A DNA stretch of 64,000 nucleotides from Planctomycetota bacterium (GTDB taxonomy: Bacteria > Planctomycetota > B15-G4 > SIAN01): the NCBI GenBank assembly GCA_031409275.1, contig JANNXA010000022.1, positions 1 through 64,000 of the forward strand, written 5' to 3'. Within the stretch, counting starts at the first letter, position 1, and each line of letters starts with the position of its first letter. The notes below the pieces were generated by a model. That model was not told the origin of the DNA. It made no database searches and saw nothing but the letters and a program-made list of their open reading frames with translations. Shown here piece by piece: positions 28,320-38,659 of the stretch. Made by a program: the position numbers and the translations under genes.

Positions 28320-28898
28320 ATGACCAGAGATGTCCTCACGACGGGTGACGTGGCCAAGCTCTGCCACGTGACGATCCGTACCGTGATCAAGTGGTTCGAG
28401 AAGGGCCACTTGAAGGGCTACAAGATCCCGGGCTCGCGCGATCGCCGCTTCGCCCGCGTCGACGTCCTGCAGTTCATGCGCGACCACGGCATCCCGCTGA
28501 CCGATCGCGACGCCGAACCGGCAGCGCGCAAGCGCATCCTGATGGTCGACGACGAGGCGGCGATCCTCGCGGTGCTCGAGGAGTACCTTCGTCAGATCGG
28601 CATGTTCGAGTGGCAGACCGCGCGCAACGGCTACGAAGCGGGGCTGAAGACGCAGTCGTTCCGGCCGCATCTGCTGCTGACCGACTACAACCTCGGCGAC
28701 ATCACCGGCGTGCAGGTCGCAGAGAGCGTGCGCGCGACGCCGGAACTCGCCGACACGCGCATCATGGTCGTCTCGGGCTACCTCACCGAGGCCGACGTGC
28801 CGGCGCTGCGCGCGAAGGGAATCGATGCATTCCTGCGCAAGCCGTTTACCTTCGAGCAGGTTCGCGACACGATCCTCCGGCTGCTGAAGATGATCTGA
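28320..28898 (+). CDS. Response regulator with N-terminal excisionase-type HTH
   Basis: LTTGDVAKLCHVTIRTVIKWFEKGHLKGYKIPGSRDRR, then receiver ILMVDDE...LLTD...FLRKPF. Confidence 0.9.
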   Translation: MTRDVLTTGDVAKLCHVTIRTVIKWFEKGHLKGYKIPGSRDRRFARVDVLQFMRDHGIPLTDRDAEPAARKRILMVDDEAAILAVLEEYLRQIGMFEWQTARNGYEAGLKTQSFRPHLLLTDYNLGDITGVQVAESVRATPELADTRIMVVSGYLTEADVPALRAKGIDAFLRKPFTFEQVRDTILRLLKMI

Positions 28899-28941
28899 TC
28901 GATGCGATCGTGTGGGCGCGCGACCGAAGAGGGGAGATGGT

Positions 28942-29787
28942 TTGGAACTCTGGAAGGCGGCGTTGCTCGGGCTCGTGCAGGGGCTGACGGAGTTCTTCCC
29001 GGTGTCGAGCGACGGCCACCTCGTGGCCCTCGGCCGATGGATCGGTGCGCGACGCGACGGCAGCGGCGCCTCGTTCGAAGCCTTCCTGCACGTCGGGACG
29101 CTCTTCGCCTGCTACATCGCCTTCTGGCGCGACTTGCTGCCGATGGCAGCGCTCGCCGCGAACGCCTGCCTGCCGCTGCCTCGCAAGGGCGGCCTCGCGC
29201 GCGCGGCGGCGGCATGGAGACGCCTGCTGCGTCCCGCGCCCGACGACACGCTCGGCAACGACAGCCGCTTCGTCTTCCTCGGCACGCTCGCGACGGTCGC
29301 CACCGCGCTGCCGCTCGCCGACTGGTTCGAATCGCTCTACGACGTGAAGCCGGTCCTGATCGGCAGCCTCGTGCTGACCGGCGTGCTGCTGGTGGTGGCT
29401 CGATTCGTGTTGGCGACGCCGGAGCGAAGCGCGACCTGGTGGCAACCGATCCTGGTGGGCTGCGTGCAGACGTTGGCGATCCTGCCCGGGCTGTCGCGTT
29501 CCTGCACGACGGTCGTGGTCGGGCTCATGATCGGCTTGGGAATGCAGCGCGTCGCACGCCTCTCGTTCCTGCTCTCGGTACCGATCATCACGGCGGCAAC
29601 GCTGCGCGAGTTCTGGAAGTACCGGCCGCACGGCGCCGAACTGCCGCCGATCTTCGTCGGCATCGCCGTCGCGTTCGTGGTCGGCCTCTTCGCGGTGCAC
29701 TCGATGCTGCGGCTGGTGCCGCGCGGTCGCATGCACTGGTTCGCGCCGTGGATGTTCCTGCTGGCGGCCGCGGTCGCGCTGCTCTGA
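28942..29787 (+). CDS. uppP: Undecaprenyl-diphosphate phosphatase
   Basis: LGLVQGLTEFFPVSSDGHL and AILPGLSRS motifs; multi-TM. Confidence 0.93.
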   Translation: MELWKAALLGLVQGLTEFFPVSSDGHLVALGRWIGARRDGSGASFEAFLHVGTLFACYIAFWRDLLPMAALAANACLPLPRKGGLARAAAAWRRLLRPAPDDTLGNDSRFVFLGTLATVATALPLADWFESLYDVKPVLIGSLVLTGVLLVVARFVLATPERSATWWQPILVGCVQTLAILPGLSRSCTTVVVGLMIGLGMQRVARLSFLLSVPIITAATLREFWKYRPHGAELPPIFVGIAVAFVVGLFAVHSMLRLVPRGRMHWFAPWMFLLAAAVALL

Positions 29788-29814
29788 GTGTCAAGGCGCT
29801 CGCGAGAGTCGCGG

Positions 29815-31032
29815 TCAGATCTTGAGCGTTCCGCGTCGCCACGAGTCGACCACTCGCTGCAGCGCCGGTCCGGGGCAGTCGGTCGAGCTCGCGCGGATCT
29901 CCTTGTGCGTGAAGACGTTCTTGCGCTCGACGCGGTACTTCGAGCACAGGGAATCGAGCAGATCGGAGAGCGCCTTCTTCTGCGCCGCGGTGGGTTGCTG
30001 GACCGTGAAGTCGCCGATGAGCGCGACGCCGACGTTGCCGACGTTGAGGTCGGGGCTGCCGGCGTGCGCTCCCTGATACGCGATCGGCCGCCCTTCCCAG
30101 ATGCGGCCCGAACTGTCGATCAGGAAGTGGTAGCCGATGTCGGCCCAACCCTCTTCGTCCTGGTGCTGGCGCTGGAATCCCTTGATCGCTTCGCCCGCGA
30201 CGCGCGACGAGGTGCCCGAAAGGCGCGTGCCGCTGTGATGGACGGTGATCCGCGAGATCGCGGTCATGCGATCGATGTTCGCGCGCATGCGGCGAGCGCC
30301 CCAGGCCGTGCGCGGCAAGACGGGGGGAAGTGGCGTCGCGGCCACCTTGGGAGCAGGTGCCGCCGCGGCGGCGGGTGGGCGAGCAGTGGACGGCGGCGGC
30401 GGCGCGGCCGGAACGTCGAGCATGCGTCGCAGCTCGGTGAAGAGGGGCGAACGCGGATCGCTCGCCTGTCGCGACCAGTTGCGTGCGCGAGCGAGGTCGC
30501 GCTCGTTCTCGGCGAGGAGCGATTGCCGGATCACGATCGGGTCGCGTTCGCGGCCGAGCGCGCGGCCGAGCGCCTCGTCGTAGAGGCGGCGCGCGTTCCG
30601 GCGATCCCCGGCGATGAACGCGAGGTCGCCCTGCAGCGTCGAGAAGCGCATCTGCGCGTGGCGCTGGCGCGAACTCGACGGCGGCAGGCGGCCGATGACC
30701 TTCTCGGAGCGATCGACATCGACGGCGGCCACGCTGGGCTTGCCATCGAGCAGCCAGCATTCGGCGGCGTCGAGCAGGTGGTCGATCTGCGCGGTGGGGT
30801 CGTCCGCTTCGCTGGCCGCGAGGGCCGCCTGTTCGTACTGACGGGCCGCGAGCGATGCGCGTCCTTGCTGGCGCGCATCGTCGGCGCGATCGGCATAGAC
30901 GCCGGCCGCCTCCGCGGGATCGCGACCGCCGGAACTGCCCGCACAGCCTCCGAGGAGACCTCCGCCGAAGCTGAACAGGAGCGCGACCGCCACCCGGAAA
31001 AGGGTTCGCGGCGCCGAGTCTGACCGTTGCAT
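29815..31032 (-). CDS. Lipoprotein with helical N-terminal domain and PGRP-like N-acetylmuramoyl-L-alanine amidase
   Basis: Lipobox LGGC, Pro/Ala linker, ITVHHS, GWADIGYHFLID, GAHA, FTHKE, TDCPG. Confidence 0.88.
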   Translation of the reverse strand: MQRSDSAPRTLFRVAVALLFSFGGGLLGGCAGSSGGRDPAEAAGVYADRADDARQQGRASLAARQYEQAALAASEADDPTAQIDHLLDAAECWLLDGKPSVAAVDVDRSEKVIGRLPPSSSRQRHAQMRFSTLQGDLAFIAGDRRNARRLYDEALGRALGRERDPIVIRQSLLAENERDLARARNWSRQASDPRSPLFTELRRMLDVPAAPPPPSTARPPAAAAAPAPKVAATPLPPVLPRTAWGARRMRANIDRMTAISRITVHHSGTRLSGTSSRVAGEAIKGFQRQHQDEEGWADIGYHFLIDSSGRIWEGRPIAYQGAHAGSPDLNVGNVGVALIGDFTVQQPTAAQKKALSDLLDSLCSKYRVERKNVFTHKEIRASSTDCPGPALQRVVDSWRRGTLKI

Positions 31033-31131
31033 GTCGTCCCTCCCAACCAGGCGCGAACGCTACGCCGATCGCGAAAAGCGATCAAGGCAGCGCTGCCGGA
31101 CTCAAGCCGAGTGCGTCGAGCGTCGATCTCG

Positions 31132-31632
31132 ATGGGCATGGCTTCCAGCGTGGTTCGAGCCGACACGGACCTTCGCGCGAGCAAGCTGCTCGGCGGTGGC
31201 GAACGCGTCGACGCGCAGTTCGAGGTGACGTTGCCTGCGTCCCGCGACTCGTTGCCGACGGCGCGAGCGCTCTGCGAGTCGTTCCTGACGGCGGAGCTGG
31301 CCCGCCATCACGCGAGCGGCGCCCTCGCGGACGTGCTGCTCGCGCTGCAGGAGGCGACCGCGAACGTGGTCTGCCACGCCTACCGCGGCGAGCCCGATCC
31401 AGGGCCGCTCGGCCTGCGGATCGAGCTCTCGCCGTGGCTCGTCCGCATCACGGTCGTCGACGCCGGCCCGGGCTACGACTTCGACACGGTGCCGCCGCCC
31501 GATTTCGCCCATCCGCGGGATGGCGGCTACGGCCTCCACCTGATGCGCACCGCGATGTCGCGCGTCTCCTACCTCCGGCGGCCAGGGCACAACGTCCTGC
31601 TGCTCGAGAAGGCGCTGCAGCACTCGTCCTGA
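31132..31632 (+). CDS. RsbW-like anti-sigma/serine kinase (HATPase_c_2); start uncertain
   Basis: ALQEATANVVCHAY, VVDAGPGYD, DGGYGLHLM. Confidence 0.85.
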   Translation: MGMASSVVRADTDLRASKLLGGGERVDAQFEVTLPASRDSLPTARALCESFLTAELARHHASGALADVLLALQEATANVVCHAYRGEPDPGPLGLRIELSPWLVRITVVDAGPGYDFDTVPPPDFAHPRDGGYGLHLMRTAMSRVSYLRRPGHNVLLLEKALQHSS

Positions 31633-31655
31633 CCGAAAGGTCCGGTGCGCCCGCC

Positions 31656-31684
31656 TTGACCCCGTGCCGGGGCGGCATCAGAAT
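31656..31684 (+). promoter_or_regulatory. Sigma70-type promoter
   Basis: TTGACC-N17-CAGAAT, about 40 nt before the aminotransferase ATG. Confidence 0.55.
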
Positions 31685-31726
31685 CCCCGCCGCTCGTCCG
31701 ACGGCACCCAAGGTCAAAACATCGCA

Positions 31727-32917
31727 ATGGCTGCACGCCCGCTCGTGCTCGCACGCCGCATGGAGCGGCTCGGCACTGAAACCGCCTTCGAGGTCCTGGC
31801 GCGCGCGAGGGAGTTGGAGCGGCAAGGCCGCTCGATCGTCCACCTCGAGATCGGCGAGCCCGACTTCGACACTCCCAAGCACATCATCGATGCCGCGTGC
31901 GACGCACTGCGCAGCGGCAAGACGCACTACGGGCCGTCGACCGGGCTCCCGGAGCTGCGCGACGCCATCGCTGCCGACTTCACCGCGCGCCGCGGGGTGA
32001 AGGTCGATGCCGAGCAGGTCACGGTGCTGGCAGGCGGCAAGCCGGCGATCTTCTTCCCGTTCCTGGCGCTGCTCGATGAGGGCGACGAAGCGATCTACCC
32101 CAACCCGGGGTTCCCGATCTACGAGTCGATGATCGAGTTCGCCGGTGCCAAGGCGGTGCCGCTGCCGCTGCTCGAGGAGAACCAATTCCGCACCGACGTC
32201 GACGAGCTGAAGAAGCGGATCACCTCGAAGACCAAGATCGTCATCATCAACTCGCCGCACAATCCGTGCGGCTCGGTGCTGAAGCCCGACGACGTGAAGC
32301 GCATCGCGCAGCTGTGCGCCGAACGCGGGATCTGGCTGTTCACCGACGAGATCTACTGCCGCATCCTCTACGACGAGAAGCACGCCACGCCGCTGCAGTG
32401 GGGCGACAAGGACCGCATCATCGTCCTCGACGGCTTCAGCAAGACCTTCGCGATGACCGGATGGCGACTCGGCTACTCGATCGCGCCGGCCGAGCTCGCC
32501 GCGAAGATCGCGAAGCTGCAGACCAACTGCAATTCGTGCCCGGCGACCTTCTCCCAGATCGCGGCGGTGGCGGCGCTCAACGGGCCGCAAGATGACGTCG
32601 ACGCGATGGTCGCCGAGTTTCGCCGGCGCCGCGACCTCGTCGTGAAGGGGCTGAACGAGCTGCCGGGCGTGAGCTGCGTGGCGCCGCAGGGCGCGTTCTA
32701 CGCCTTCGCCAACGTCCGCAACACCGGCGTGCCGTCGCGCGAGCTGCAGCGCGCGCTGCTCGACGAGGCGGGAGTCGGCACGCTGTCGGGAACCGCGTTC
32801 GGGGCGCACGGCGAGGGCTACATCCGATTGTCGTACGCCAACTCGCAAGCCAACCTCACCGAGGCGCTGAAACGGATGAAGCACTACCTCACGACGAAGA
32901 AGCCGGTCCGCACGTGA
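31727..32917 (+). CDS. Class I/II PLP aminotransferase (aspartate aminotransferase-like)
   Basis: [38 protein letters not shown]. Confidence 0.93.
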   Translation: MAARPLVLARRMERLGTETAFEVLARARELERQGRSIVHLEIGEPDFDTPKHIIDAACDALRSGKTHYGPSTGLPELRDAIAADFTARRGVKVDAEQVTVLAGGKPAIFFPFLALLDEGDEAIYPNPGFPIYESMIEFAGAKAVPLPLLEENQFRTDVDELKKRITSKTKIVIINSPHNPCGSVLKPDDVKRIAQLCAERGIWLFTDEIYCRILYDEKHATPLQWGDKDRIIVLDGFSKTFAMTGWRLGYSIAPAELAAKIAKLQTNCNSCPATFSQIAAVAALNGPQDDVDAMVAEFRRRRDLVVKGLNELPGVSCVAPQGAFYAFANVRNTGVPSRELQRALLDEAGVGTLSGTAFGAHGEGYIRLSYANSQANLTEALKRMKHYLTTKKPVRT

Positions 32918-33957
32918 TGACCGCTCCCGCCGACTTCCGCAGCGACACGGTGACACGACCGTGCGCGGCGATGCGGCAGGCGATGGCGAGCGCGGTGGTC
33001 GGTGACGACGTGTTCGGCGACGATCCGACGGTGAACCGCCTGCAGGAGCGCGTCGCGGCGCAATGCGGCAAGGAGGCGGCCCTCTTCGTGCCCAGCGGCA
33101 CGATGGGCAACCAGATCGCCATCAAGCTCCACACGCAGCCTGGCGAGGAGCTGATCTGCGAAGAGCGCTCGCACGTCTGGGTCAACGAGGCGGGCGGGCT
33201 CGGAATGATCAGCGGGGTCCAGACCAGGACGCTGCCTGGTCCCGACGGCGTGCCGACGCTCGCAGCGCTCGAAGGGGCGATCCGCGACGAGGATGTCCAC
33301 CATCCGCGCAGCGCCTTGATCGTGCTGGAGAACACCCACAACTACGCGGGCGGACGGGTGATTCCGCTGGCGACGATGGTGGCGATCCGCGCGCTCGCGT
33401 TGCGCCGCGGCTTGAAGATTCACCTCGATGGCGCGCGCTTGTGGAATGCGGTGGTCGCGACCGCAACGCCCATCGCGGAGTTCGCGGCGCAGGTCGACAC
33501 CCTGACCTTCTGCTTCTCGAAGGGGCTCTGCTGTCCGGTCGGCTCGATCCTGGTCGGCTCGGCCGATGCGATCGCGCGCGCGCGGCGCCTCCGCAAGGCG
33601 CTCGGTGGCGGCATGCGCCAGGCGGGCATCCTCGCGGCGGCGGCGGAGTTTGCGCTCGACCACCTCGTCGAGCGGCTGGCGGAGGACCACGCCCGCGCAC
33701 GCCAGTTGGCGGCCGGCTTCACGACGATGCGAGGTTGCCGCGTCGATCCGCGCACGGTCGAGACCAATCTGGTCTTCGTCGAGCGCTGCGCGGGCGACGC
33801 GGTCGCGCTCGAGCGACGCCTCGCCGACGACGGCGTGCTGACCATCGCGCTGGCGGCCGATCGGTTGCGGTTCGTGACGCACCGCGACGTCGGCGATCGC
33901 GAGGTCGAGCGAGCGCTGCAGTCGATGGACAAGGCGACGCGCGCGCTCGCCGGTTGA
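32917..33957 (+). CDS. ltaE: Low-specificity L-threonine aldolase
   Basis: [38 protein letters not shown]. Confidence 0.92.
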   Translation: MTAPADFRSDTVTRPCAAMRQAMASAVVGDDVFGDDPTVNRLQERVAAQCGKEAALFVPSGTMGNQIAIKLHTQPGEELICEERSHVWVNEAGGLGMISGVQTRTLPGPDGVPTLAALEGAIRDEDVHHPRSALIVLENTHNYAGGRVIPLATMVAIRALALRRGLKIHLDGARLWNAVVATATPIAEFAAQVDTLTFCFSKGLCCPVGSILVGSADAIARARRLRKALGGGMRQAGILAAAAEFALDHLVERLAEDHARARQLAAGFTTMRGCRVDPRTVETNLVFVERCAGDAVALERRLADDGVLTIALAADRLRFVTHRDVGDREVERALQSMDKATRALAG

Positions 33958-34023
33958 GTCGAAGGAACCGTCGCGGGCCGTCGCATGGATGGCTCGCGCA
34001 GGATCGGAATGGGGAGAGCACCA

Positions 34024-35358
34024 GTGTCCGTCTTCAAGGCCTATGACATCCGCGGCATCTACCCGACGGAGATCGACGAGAAGCTCGCGTGGAAGATCGG
34101 CGCCGGGCTGGTGCAACTGCTGTCGGCCAAGCGTCTGGTGGTGGGGCGGGACATGCGCCAGTCGGCGCCTTCGATCCAGAAGGCGGTGATCGACGGCATC
34201 ACCGCGCACGGCTGCGACGTGGTCGACATCGGTCTCGTCTCGACACCCATGGCCTACTACGGCATCGGCAGCATCGCGTCGGACGGTGGACTCACGACGA
34301 CCGCATCGCACAACCCGCCGCAGTACATCGGCGCCAAGATCTGCCGCGCGGGCGCGGTGCCGATGTCGAAGGACACCGGCATCGGCGCGCTCGAGCAGAT
34401 GGCGAAGGGCGCGCTCGCGCCGGCGCCAGGCACGAAGCGCGGCTCCGTCTCCTCCGTCGATCTGCGAGCCGGCTACCAGAAGCAGCTGCGCCGCTTCATG
34501 CAGCCGTGGACCGGGATCAAAGCGGTGATCGACACCGCCAATGGAATGGGCGGACTCGAGGTGCCGCTGGTGCTCGAAGGGGCGGGCCTCGACTGGAGCG
34601 GGCTGTTCCTCGAGGTCGATGGCACTTTTCCGAACCACGAGGCCAACCCGCTGAAGGACGAGAACATCGTCGACATCCGCCGCGAGGTGGTGGCGCGCAA
34701 GGCGGCGGTCGGTTTCGCGTACGACGGCGACGCGGATCGCTGCTGCGTGATCGACGAAAAAGGCGAGCGCATCGGCGCCGACCTGATCACGGCGCTCCTG
34801 GCGCGCGAGTTCCTGCGTGCTGAGAAGGGGGCGGCGATCGTCTACGACCTGCGCGCGAGTCGCGTGGTCGCCGAGGAGATCACGGCGCATGGCGGGCGGC
34901 CGCTGCGCGAGCGCGTCGGCCACAGCTTCATCAAGGCGACCATGCGCAAGGAGAACTCGCCATTCGCCGGCGAGCTGTCGGGACACTTCTATTTCCGCGA
35001 CCACTACTTCAGCGACTGCGGGACGCTGGCGATGGTGCACGTGCTCAACGTCATGGCGCGGGAGAAGCGGCCGCTGTCGCAGATCGTCGCGCCGCTGCGC
35101 AAGTACCCGTCGACGGGCGAGGTCAACTTCGAAGTGCACGACGCGGACGCGAAGCTGGCGGAGCTGCGCGCCTATTTCGCCAAAGGCAAGCAGGACGAGC
35201 TCGACGGCATCTCGATCGAGTTCCCCGACTTCTGGTTCAACGTCCGCAAGAGCAACACCGAGCCGCTGCTGCGCCTGATGCTCGAAGCGCGCACGCCCGA
35301 GTTGCTGGCCACGCGCCGCGCGGAGATCGTGAAGCTGATCGGCGGCAAGCCGCACTGA
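34024..35358 (+). CDS. Phosphomannomutase/phosphoglucomutase
   Basis: FKAYDIRG, TASHNP, DGDADR, GELSGH, RKSNTEP. Confidence 0.95.
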   Translation: MSVFKAYDIRGIYPTEIDEKLAWKIGAGLVQLLSAKRLVVGRDMRQSAPSIQKAVIDGITAHGCDVVDIGLVSTPMAYYGIGSIASDGGLTTTASHNPPQYIGAKICRAGAVPMSKDTGIGALEQMAKGALAPAPGTKRGSVSSVDLRAGYQKQLRRFMQPWTGIKAVIDTANGMGGLEVPLVLEGAGLDWSGLFLEVDGTFPNHEANPLKDENIVDIRREVVARKAAVGFAYDGDADRCCVIDEKGERIGADLITALLAREFLRAEKGAAIVYDLRASRVVAEEITAHGGRPLRERVGHSFIKATMRKENSPFAGELSGHFYFRDHYFSDCGTLAMVHVLNVMAREKRPLSQIVAPLRKYPSTGEVNFEVHDADAKLAELRAYFAKGKQDELDGISIEFPDFWFNVRKSNTEPLLRLMLEARTPELLATRRAEIVKLIGGKPH

Positions 35359-35404
35359 GCGGCGCGCGGGCGTGACGGCGCGCGCTTGCGCGCACGACGA
35401 ACAA

Positions 35405-35433
35405 GGCGCGTCGCGGGTTCGCCGCGACGCGCC
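35405..35433. terminator. GC-rich hairpin between convergent genes
   Basis: GGCGCGTCGCGG-GTTCG-CCGCGACGCGCC, 12-bp perfect stem; no U-tract. Confidence 0.55.
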
Positions 35434-35496
35434 ATCGGTGTTCAGTCTAGGCGGCGCATCCTCCGAGGAGGACGTCCGCGCTGGTGATGTGCTGGA

Positions 35497-37215
35497 TCAG
35501 AAGAGGTAGTAGAGCTCGGGCAGGAAGGTCAGGCTCATCGTGTAGTTGTGGTCGCGGGCGAACGTCGCGGCGAGCGGTGCGCGTGCCTCGTCGCACAGCA
35601 TTCCGAGCGACGCCGTGGCGTAGGCGCGCGCGTAGTCGATCTCGTCCTTGCGCTTGGCCGCTTCGAGCAGGAAGGGCGCGGCGTCGCGGTCGCCGATCGC
35701 CCCGAGCGCGTGCAGGTAGCCGGCGCGGCTGATCAAGTCGCGGTCCTTGCGCGAGAGCTCCTCGATCAGCGCGACGGCGCCACGGTCATCGAGCAGCGCG
35801 AGGCCGACGGCGGTCCAGTGCAGCACCTGCGGATCGTTGGCCTCGGCGAGCTGCTTCTTCAGTGCCGGCGCTGCGTCCTGCACGCCGAGCCGTCCGACCG
35901 CGAACGCGAGGTAGCCGCGCAGCGCGGGATCGCTCTCGTTCTCGAAAGCGGCGAAGAGTTCGCTCCCGGCCTCCTTCTGGTCGAGCAGCGCGATGGCGAT
36001 CGCGAGCGCGCCACGAAGCGAAGCGGTCGCCTCCTGCTTGAACTGCGCCATCAGCTCGGGCAGCGCCGACTGGTAGCCGGAGAGGCCGATCGCCAGTGCG
36101 ACGAAGGGGCGCTCGCGCGTCGAGACGCTCTTCAGGCGCAACTTGAGGCGCTCGACGATCGCGGGCGCGCCGAGGCTCGCGATGCGGCCCAGGGAGAGGT
36201 GGCTGAACGAGCGCACCACGCCATCCGAGTCGTCGTTCGCCGCGCGTTCGAGCGCGCGCACGACGTCGGCGTCGTCCGGATGGGCGACGGCGCCGAGCGC
36301 GATGGCGGCGCTGCGGCGCAGCGGAGTCGCGTCGGCCGTCAGCGCCGTGATGAGCGAAGGGTTCGCCGCGCGATCGCCGATGCGACCGAGCGCTTCGACC
36401 GCCAACGCCTGCTGGAAATCATCGTGACCGCGCGCCTGCAAGTAGCTGCGCAGGAAGGGCGCATTGCCCGGATCGCGAGCCAATCCGAGCGCGTAGATCG
36501 CGGCCTGCTGCAGCGTGTGCGGCAGGCGGCTCTCGACGCCGCCCGCGAGCGAGTCGCGCAGCACGGCGTTGGCTTCCGGAACGCCGCTGATCCCGAGCGC
36601 CACCGCGGCCATCGAGCGCGTCTCGTCGGGCACTCGCTCGTCGTGGAAGGTGGTGCGCAGCCGGTCGGTCGCCTTCGGATTGCGTGCGAGGCCGAGCGCC
36701 AGCACGGCGTTGGTCCGCACGGAAAGCGACGGATCGCCGACCGCGGCGTTGCTCAGGTAGGGCAGCGTCGACTCATCCTCGAGGCGCGCGAGCGCGTAGA
36801 CCGCCGCCGATCGCACGAGTTCGTCGTCGTCACGCAGCAGCTGTACGAGCGCCGGCAGCAGGAGCTGGGCGCGATCGTCGGGCAGGAGCGGGGCGAAGGC
36901 GGCGCTGCCGGCGGCCGGGATCGCATTGCGAAGGCTCGGACGGAGGTTCACGTAGGCGTCGTGGTTGAACTCCCACCAGAACTCCCACCGCTCCTCGCTG
37001 AACGCGAGCGTCGGCGCGCTGCCGGGCACCGCGGAGGCGGTCTCGCGCGCCGCGATCCCGCCGGGGGCGTTGGCGTTGGGATTCCCCGTCGGGGGCGGCG
37101 GCGACTGCTGGCCACCTCCCGATTGACGGAACAAACCCCCATGCGCGCTGGCGTCGTGTGCGCATGCAAACCAGCTCGAGAGGACGAAGAGAGCGATCAC
37201 CCCACTGCGACTCAT
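35497..37215 (-). CDS. Exported HEAT-repeat protein
   Basis: Signal peptide ending ASA-HGG, WEFWWEFN motif, many VRxxAxxALGx repeats. Confidence 0.85.
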   Translation of the reverse strand: MSRSGVIALFVLSSWFACAHDASAHGGLFRQSGGGQQSPPPPTGNPNANAPGGIAARETASAVPGSAPTLAFSEERWEFWWEFNHDAYVNLRPSLRNAIPAAGSAAFAPLLPDDRAQLLLPALVQLLRDDDELVRSAAVYALARLEDESTLPYLSNAAVGDPSLSVRTNAVLALGLARNPKATDRLRTTFHDERVPDETRSMAAVALGISGVPEANAVLRDSLAGGVESRLPHTLQQAAIYALGLARDPGNAPFLRSYLQARGHDDFQQALAVEALGRIGDRAANPSLITALTADATPLRRSAAIALGAVAHPDDADVVRALERAANDDSDGVVRSFSHLSLGRIASLGAPAIVERLKLRLKSVSTRERPFVALAIGLSGYQSALPELMAQFKQEATASLRGALAIAIALLDQKEAGSELFAAFENESDPALRGYLAFAVGRLGVQDAAPALKKQLAEANDPQVLHWTAVGLALLDDRGAVALIEELSRKDRDLISRAGYLHALGAIGDRDAAPFLLEAAKRKDEIDYARAYATASLGMLCDEARAPLAATFARDHNYTMSLTFLPELYYLF

Positions 37216-37434
37216 GGCCATGCTCCGCGCCGGCACTGGCTCCCGCCGGTCCGCCCCTTTTCGGCTGCGCTTCGTTACGCATTCATTGCAGAAGCGCGCA
37301 ACGGAACGGCTTGCCGATCCCGGAGCGGCGCCGAGCCCCATCCGGCACGCTTCTCCTAGCGAAGCGCGCGCCGTCGGCCGGTTCGCCGGGGCGCGTAAGA
37401 TCCTCCGCCCTTCCCGCCTGCGGAGCGCGCCACG

Positions 37435-38637
37435 ATGTCGTCCCTCTACTTCGACTGCTTCTCGGGTGCCGCCGGCGACATGCTCGTCGCCGCGCTGCTC
37501 GATCTCGGCGCGTCGTTCGAGGAACTCGAAGCCGACCTGTCTTCCCTCGGCGTGGCCGGCTTCAAGCTCGCGCGCGAGAAGAAGTGGCAGGGCGGGCTCG
37601 CCGGCACGCGCTTCCACGTGCAACTCGACCCGCAGACGAAGCCGCCGCGCCGCAATCTGCGCGACATCCTGGCGTTGATCGAGCGCAGCCCGTTGCCGCC
37701 GGCCGTGAAGCGCAACGCCTCGCGCGTCTTCGAGCGGATCGGTACGGCGGAAGCGAAGGTGCACGGCTGCGCGATCGACGAGGTTCACTTCCACGAAGTG
37801 GGAGCGCTCGACTCGATCGCCGACGTCGTGGGCTTCTGCGCGCTCCATCACCGGCTCGGATCGCCGCGCCTCTTCTGTTCCCCGATCGCCACCGGAGAAG
37901 GGTTCGTGATCACCGAGCACGGCCTGCTGCCGGTGCCGGCGCTCGCGACGCTCGAACTCCTCGCGGGTGTCCCCATCGTCAGCGGGGGGCTGCAGGAGGA
38001 GCTCTGCACCCCGACCGGGGCGGCGTTGCTGTCGACGCTCTGCGAAGGGTTCGGCCGCGACTTCGCCTACATCCCGCGCCGGGTCGGTTACGGATTGGGC
38101 ACGCGCGTGCGCGAGAGTCCGCCCAACGCGGTCCGCGTGGTCGCCTGCGAGATGGCCGCGCCGGCGGGGGAGAGCGTCGTCGTGCTCGAGACGAACCTCG
38201 ACGACGCCACCGGTCAGGAGCTTGGCCGTTTGATCGAGCGCTGTCTCGAGCAGGGCGCACTCGACGTGGTGGTGCTGCCCGTGACGATGAAGAAAGGGCG
38301 ACCGGGCCATGTGCTGCAGGTGCTGGCGCTCGACGCCGCCGCGCCCGCGATCGAGGAGCTGCTGCTGCTCGATTCGCCCACGCTCGGAGTGCGCCGCACG
38401 CGGGCGAGCCGTCGCATCCTGCCGCGCCACGCGGAGACGGCGGCCACCTCGTTTGGCCCGGTGAACGTGAAGGTCGCGCAGCTTCCGGACGGCTCGCGCC
38501 GGGTGGTGCCGGAGTTCGACGAGCTCGATCGCCTCGCGCGCGCGCACGCGCTGCCTCTCGCCGCGGTACGGCGACGGCTGGCGGCGGAACTCGAGGGCAG
38601 CGGCGGCGACGGGGCCGGGACGCGGACTTCGCGCTGA
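37435..38637 (+). CDS. larC: Nickel pincer cofactor biosynthesis protein LarC
   Basis: YFDCFSGAAGDM, VHFHEVGALDSIAD, HGLLPVPA, TPTGAA, ETNLDD, MKKGRPG, PEFDE. Confidence 0.94.
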   Translation: MSSLYFDCFSGAAGDMLVAALLDLGASFEELEADLSSLGVAGFKLAREKKWQGGLAGTRFHVQLDPQTKPPRRNLRDILALIERSPLPPAVKRNASRVFERIGTAEAKVHGCAIDEVHFHEVGALDSIADVVGFCALHHRLGSPRLFCSPIATGEGFVITEHGLLPVPALATLELLAGVPIVSGGLQEELCTPTGAALLSTLCEGFGRDFAYIPRRVGYGLGTRVRESPPNAVRVVACEMAAPAGESVVVLETNLDDATGQELGRLIERCLEQGALDVVVLPVTMKKGRPGHVLQVLALDAAAPAIEELLLLDSPTLGVRRTRASRRILPRHAETAATSFGPVNVKVAQLPDGSRRVVPEFDELDRLARAHALPLAAVRRRLAAELEGSGGDGAGTRTSR

Positions 38638-38659
38638 GCGAAGCGGCGAAGCGCGCCGA

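Noticed and set aside
35497..35530. HEAT protein C-terminus LPELYYLF resembles the DUF5989-like tails (PxxYxLF)
   Set aside because: Too short, with no preceding TM helix; likely coincidence.
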